25,690 bases of DNA, taken from the IMG/VR virus record IMGVR_UViG_3300044613_000708, positions 1-25,690 of that record; one strand, written 5' to 3'. Both the position numbers and the translations under genes were made by a program. Shown piece after piece: positions 24,034 through 25,690 of this stretch (within the stretch, counting starts at the first letter, position 1; every line of letters begins with the position of its first letter). This DNA comes from a virus (taxonomy: Duplodnaviria; Caudoviricetes). Under the pieces are notes generated by a model that was not told the origin of the DNA, made no database searches, and worked only from the letters and a program-made list of their open reading frames with translations.

Positions 24034-25221
24034 TTAGGCAAAGTAAAAAGTACCCGGTCTATTGTGTGACTTGCAATCCACCGCCAATGCGAGAGCCATA
24101 ACGCAGTCATCGTGTAGTCCTGTCGGTGCGGTGTATCTCACACCAGTTCGTGTGTATTCAAATTCAAAGTTCTCCATCTCCGAGCCGATTGGTTCTTCAG
24201 GAAAGAATACCGAGTTCTGCTGAACGGAGAGAACGAGTCCCTCAATTAGTTGTTGCTTGGATTGTGATGTGAACTTGAATCCCTTGACTCTTTGACATAC
24301 CCTTTGGATTTGTTCCACGATAGGATCACCCACGCCCGTGCTATCAATGAACGCTGGAGTGTTTCCAATCAACCGAATGATTCTATCTTGTGTGATGCCC
24401 CAATCCGCTTGAAATCGGTCAACATACGCACATTGATTGTTGGCATCCAATCCAACGATAACCGTATAATCCGAGTATTTTGCAAGGTCAATTCCCCAAG
24501 CGACAACAATACCCCTTGAGACAGGTCGGTAGCATCTGCGAATGTTGTCAATTCCAAAAGGGTTGGTCTTATCGTCCGCTGGTTCTGCAAGATACAACTC
24601 GTTGAATACATTTTCAGGAAGGTCACGCTTGGCTTGTTCTACCTCCTCAAGTTTGAGAATACCCTCCTTGACTGCATCGTAAGCGGTTATTTTGAAATAG
24701 CGATAGTCATTCTCTCCGCTCCTTGCCCTTTCTCCTAACTTGTAGAACCAGTTCTTTTTCCCTTTGACATTCCCAATCAGTTTGCACTTGCCTTGTGTGG
24801 CAGTTAGGGTTGAACGCATCGCATACCACGACTCCTCACGCATACGACTCGCCTCATCAATGACCGCAGCAAACACATCGTCTCCATAAAGGTTGTCGGG
24901 TTTCTCTCCTGACTTAAACTCAATGCGTGATCCTGTTGGAAGGGTGAGCAATAACTTGGTCTCGTTGCTTTGGAAGAAGTTGACATCGGTCACTTGTGTT
25001 TTCATCCTTCGGAATGCAATCTCCGCTTGTTGGTATACTGGAGCAACCCACCAAACCGATTGACCATCCTTGCACTTGAGAGCTTGTTCAAACAACCATA
25101 TGATGTGCGATGCGGTCTTTCCCGTCTTTGTACTCGCTGCCGTTATCGTGAACCTCTCCTCACAATCAAGGATGGCTTGTTGGTAACTGGTCACATATGG
25201 TCGCTTGTAGTTTATTTGCAT
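24034..25221 (-). CDS. terL: terminase large subunit
   Basis: Walker A STKTGKT, WWVAP.Y.QA, Walker B VIDEA, nuclease motifs GIDLAK..D and HDDCVMALAL. Confidence 0.93.
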   Translation of the reverse strand: MQINYKRPYVTSYQQAILDCEERFTITAASTKTGKTASHIIWLFEQALKCKDGQSVWWVAPVYQQAEIAFRRMKTQVTDVNFFQSNETKLLLTLPTGSRIEFKSGEKPDNLYGDDVFAAVIDEASRMREESWYAMRSTLTATQGKCKLIGNVKGKKNWFYKLGERARSGENDYRYFKITAYDAVKEGILKLEEVEQAKRDLPENVFNELYLAEPADDKTNPFGIDNIRRCYRPVSRGIVVAWGIDLAKYSDYTVIVGLDANNQCAYVDRFQADWGITQDRIIRLIGNTPAFIDSTGVGDPIVEQIQRVCQRVKGFKFTSQSKQQLIEGLVLSVQQNSVFFPEEPIGSEMENFEFEYTRTGVRYTAPTGLHDDCVMALALAVDCKSHNRPGTFYFA

Positions 25222-25688
25222 AGTTTATCGTAAACCGCCAACCGAGTCAGGTTGTGCAGTTCAAGGTTGTGATAGGTATTGCAATAGTCAAAGTTGCTCC
25301 GTCCCATAGATTGTCTCACCGAGTGTCCAGCGTGAATGAGTTTCTCAATAGACGCTTTCCAATTGTTTTTGTTGGTGAATATCACTCCATCGTTTGATGT
25401 GTGGTAAAGGTAAGGGAACACGGCAGAGCAGATGATAGGGATGCTATACGCTGCTGCCTCCACAATCTTCAACTCACTCTTGCATTGGTTGAAGTGGTTG
25501 TCCTGAAGGGGTGCAAGTACGAAGTCAAAGTGCTTGTAAACTTCACCATATTCCCACACGCTTGTGCCTTCCACAATCTTGGCTTTTGGAATCAGTTTGA
25601 CGATGTTGTTCCAATGCTCACTCGGAGTGTAACCAACGATGTAGAACTCAACATCCATCGCATTGATGTCATCAGCGATGAGCTTCAA
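25212..25688 (-). CDS. glycosyltransferase (GT-B fold, C-terminal part; 5' end outside window)
   Basis: DFVLAPL.DN.FNQCKSELK.VEAAAY.IPII.S.V.PY. Confidence 0.85.
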   Translation of the reverse strand: MKLIADDINAMDVEFYIVGYTPSEHWNNIVKLIPKAKIVEGTSVWEYGEVYKHFDFVLAPLQDNHFNQCKSELKIVEAAAYSIPIICSAVFPYLYHTSNDGVIFTNKNNWKASIEKLIHAGHSVRQSMGRSNFDYCNTYHNLELHNLTRLAVYDKLCK

Positions 25689-25690
25689 AT

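Noticed and set aside
254-25233. All plus-strand ORFs in the track
   Set aside because: They are antisense shadows of well-supported minus-strand genes with no recognisable motifs.
1-25690. Prophage boundaries, integrase, IS elements or introns
   Set aside because: No host genes, integrase, transposase or interrupted core genes are visible.

Overview
A 25.7-kb segment of a tailed dsDNA phage with siphovirus-like structural genes. All convincing genes are on the minus strand. The host is probably a Bacteroidota (Flavobacteria-like) bacterium, inferred from a canonical TTG-N20-TAnnTTTG promoter and the lack of Shine-Dalgarno motifs before structural genes. In transcription order (right to left): glycosyltransferase (partial), large terminase, a G/GT-type tail assembly chaperone pair joined by a -1 slippery site, a ~460-bp non-coding tract, two tail-tip proteins, tape measure, XkdF-like prohead protease, scaffold, major capsid, tail tube, small virion proteins, LamG-type tail fibre, holin candidates and amidase, a multi-domain portal, connector and tail-completion proteins, a metallophosphoesterase/DUF3310 block, and a neck protein. 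An early region follows, with an HTH protein, shuffled small-gene cassettes, ERF, a YqaJ exonuclease and a DnaA domain IV-like protein. The most notable observations are: (1) the non-coding tract at 22810-23260 is tiled almost end to end by about 15 different operator-like palindromes; (2) the -1 frameshift chaperone sits beside the terminase; (3) early cassettes share AGGAGGT..ATGA joints and duplicated N-terminal modules; (4) a GCTATTT-N6/7-start motif precedes several late genes. All family calls come from motif recognition by eye, without database searches.
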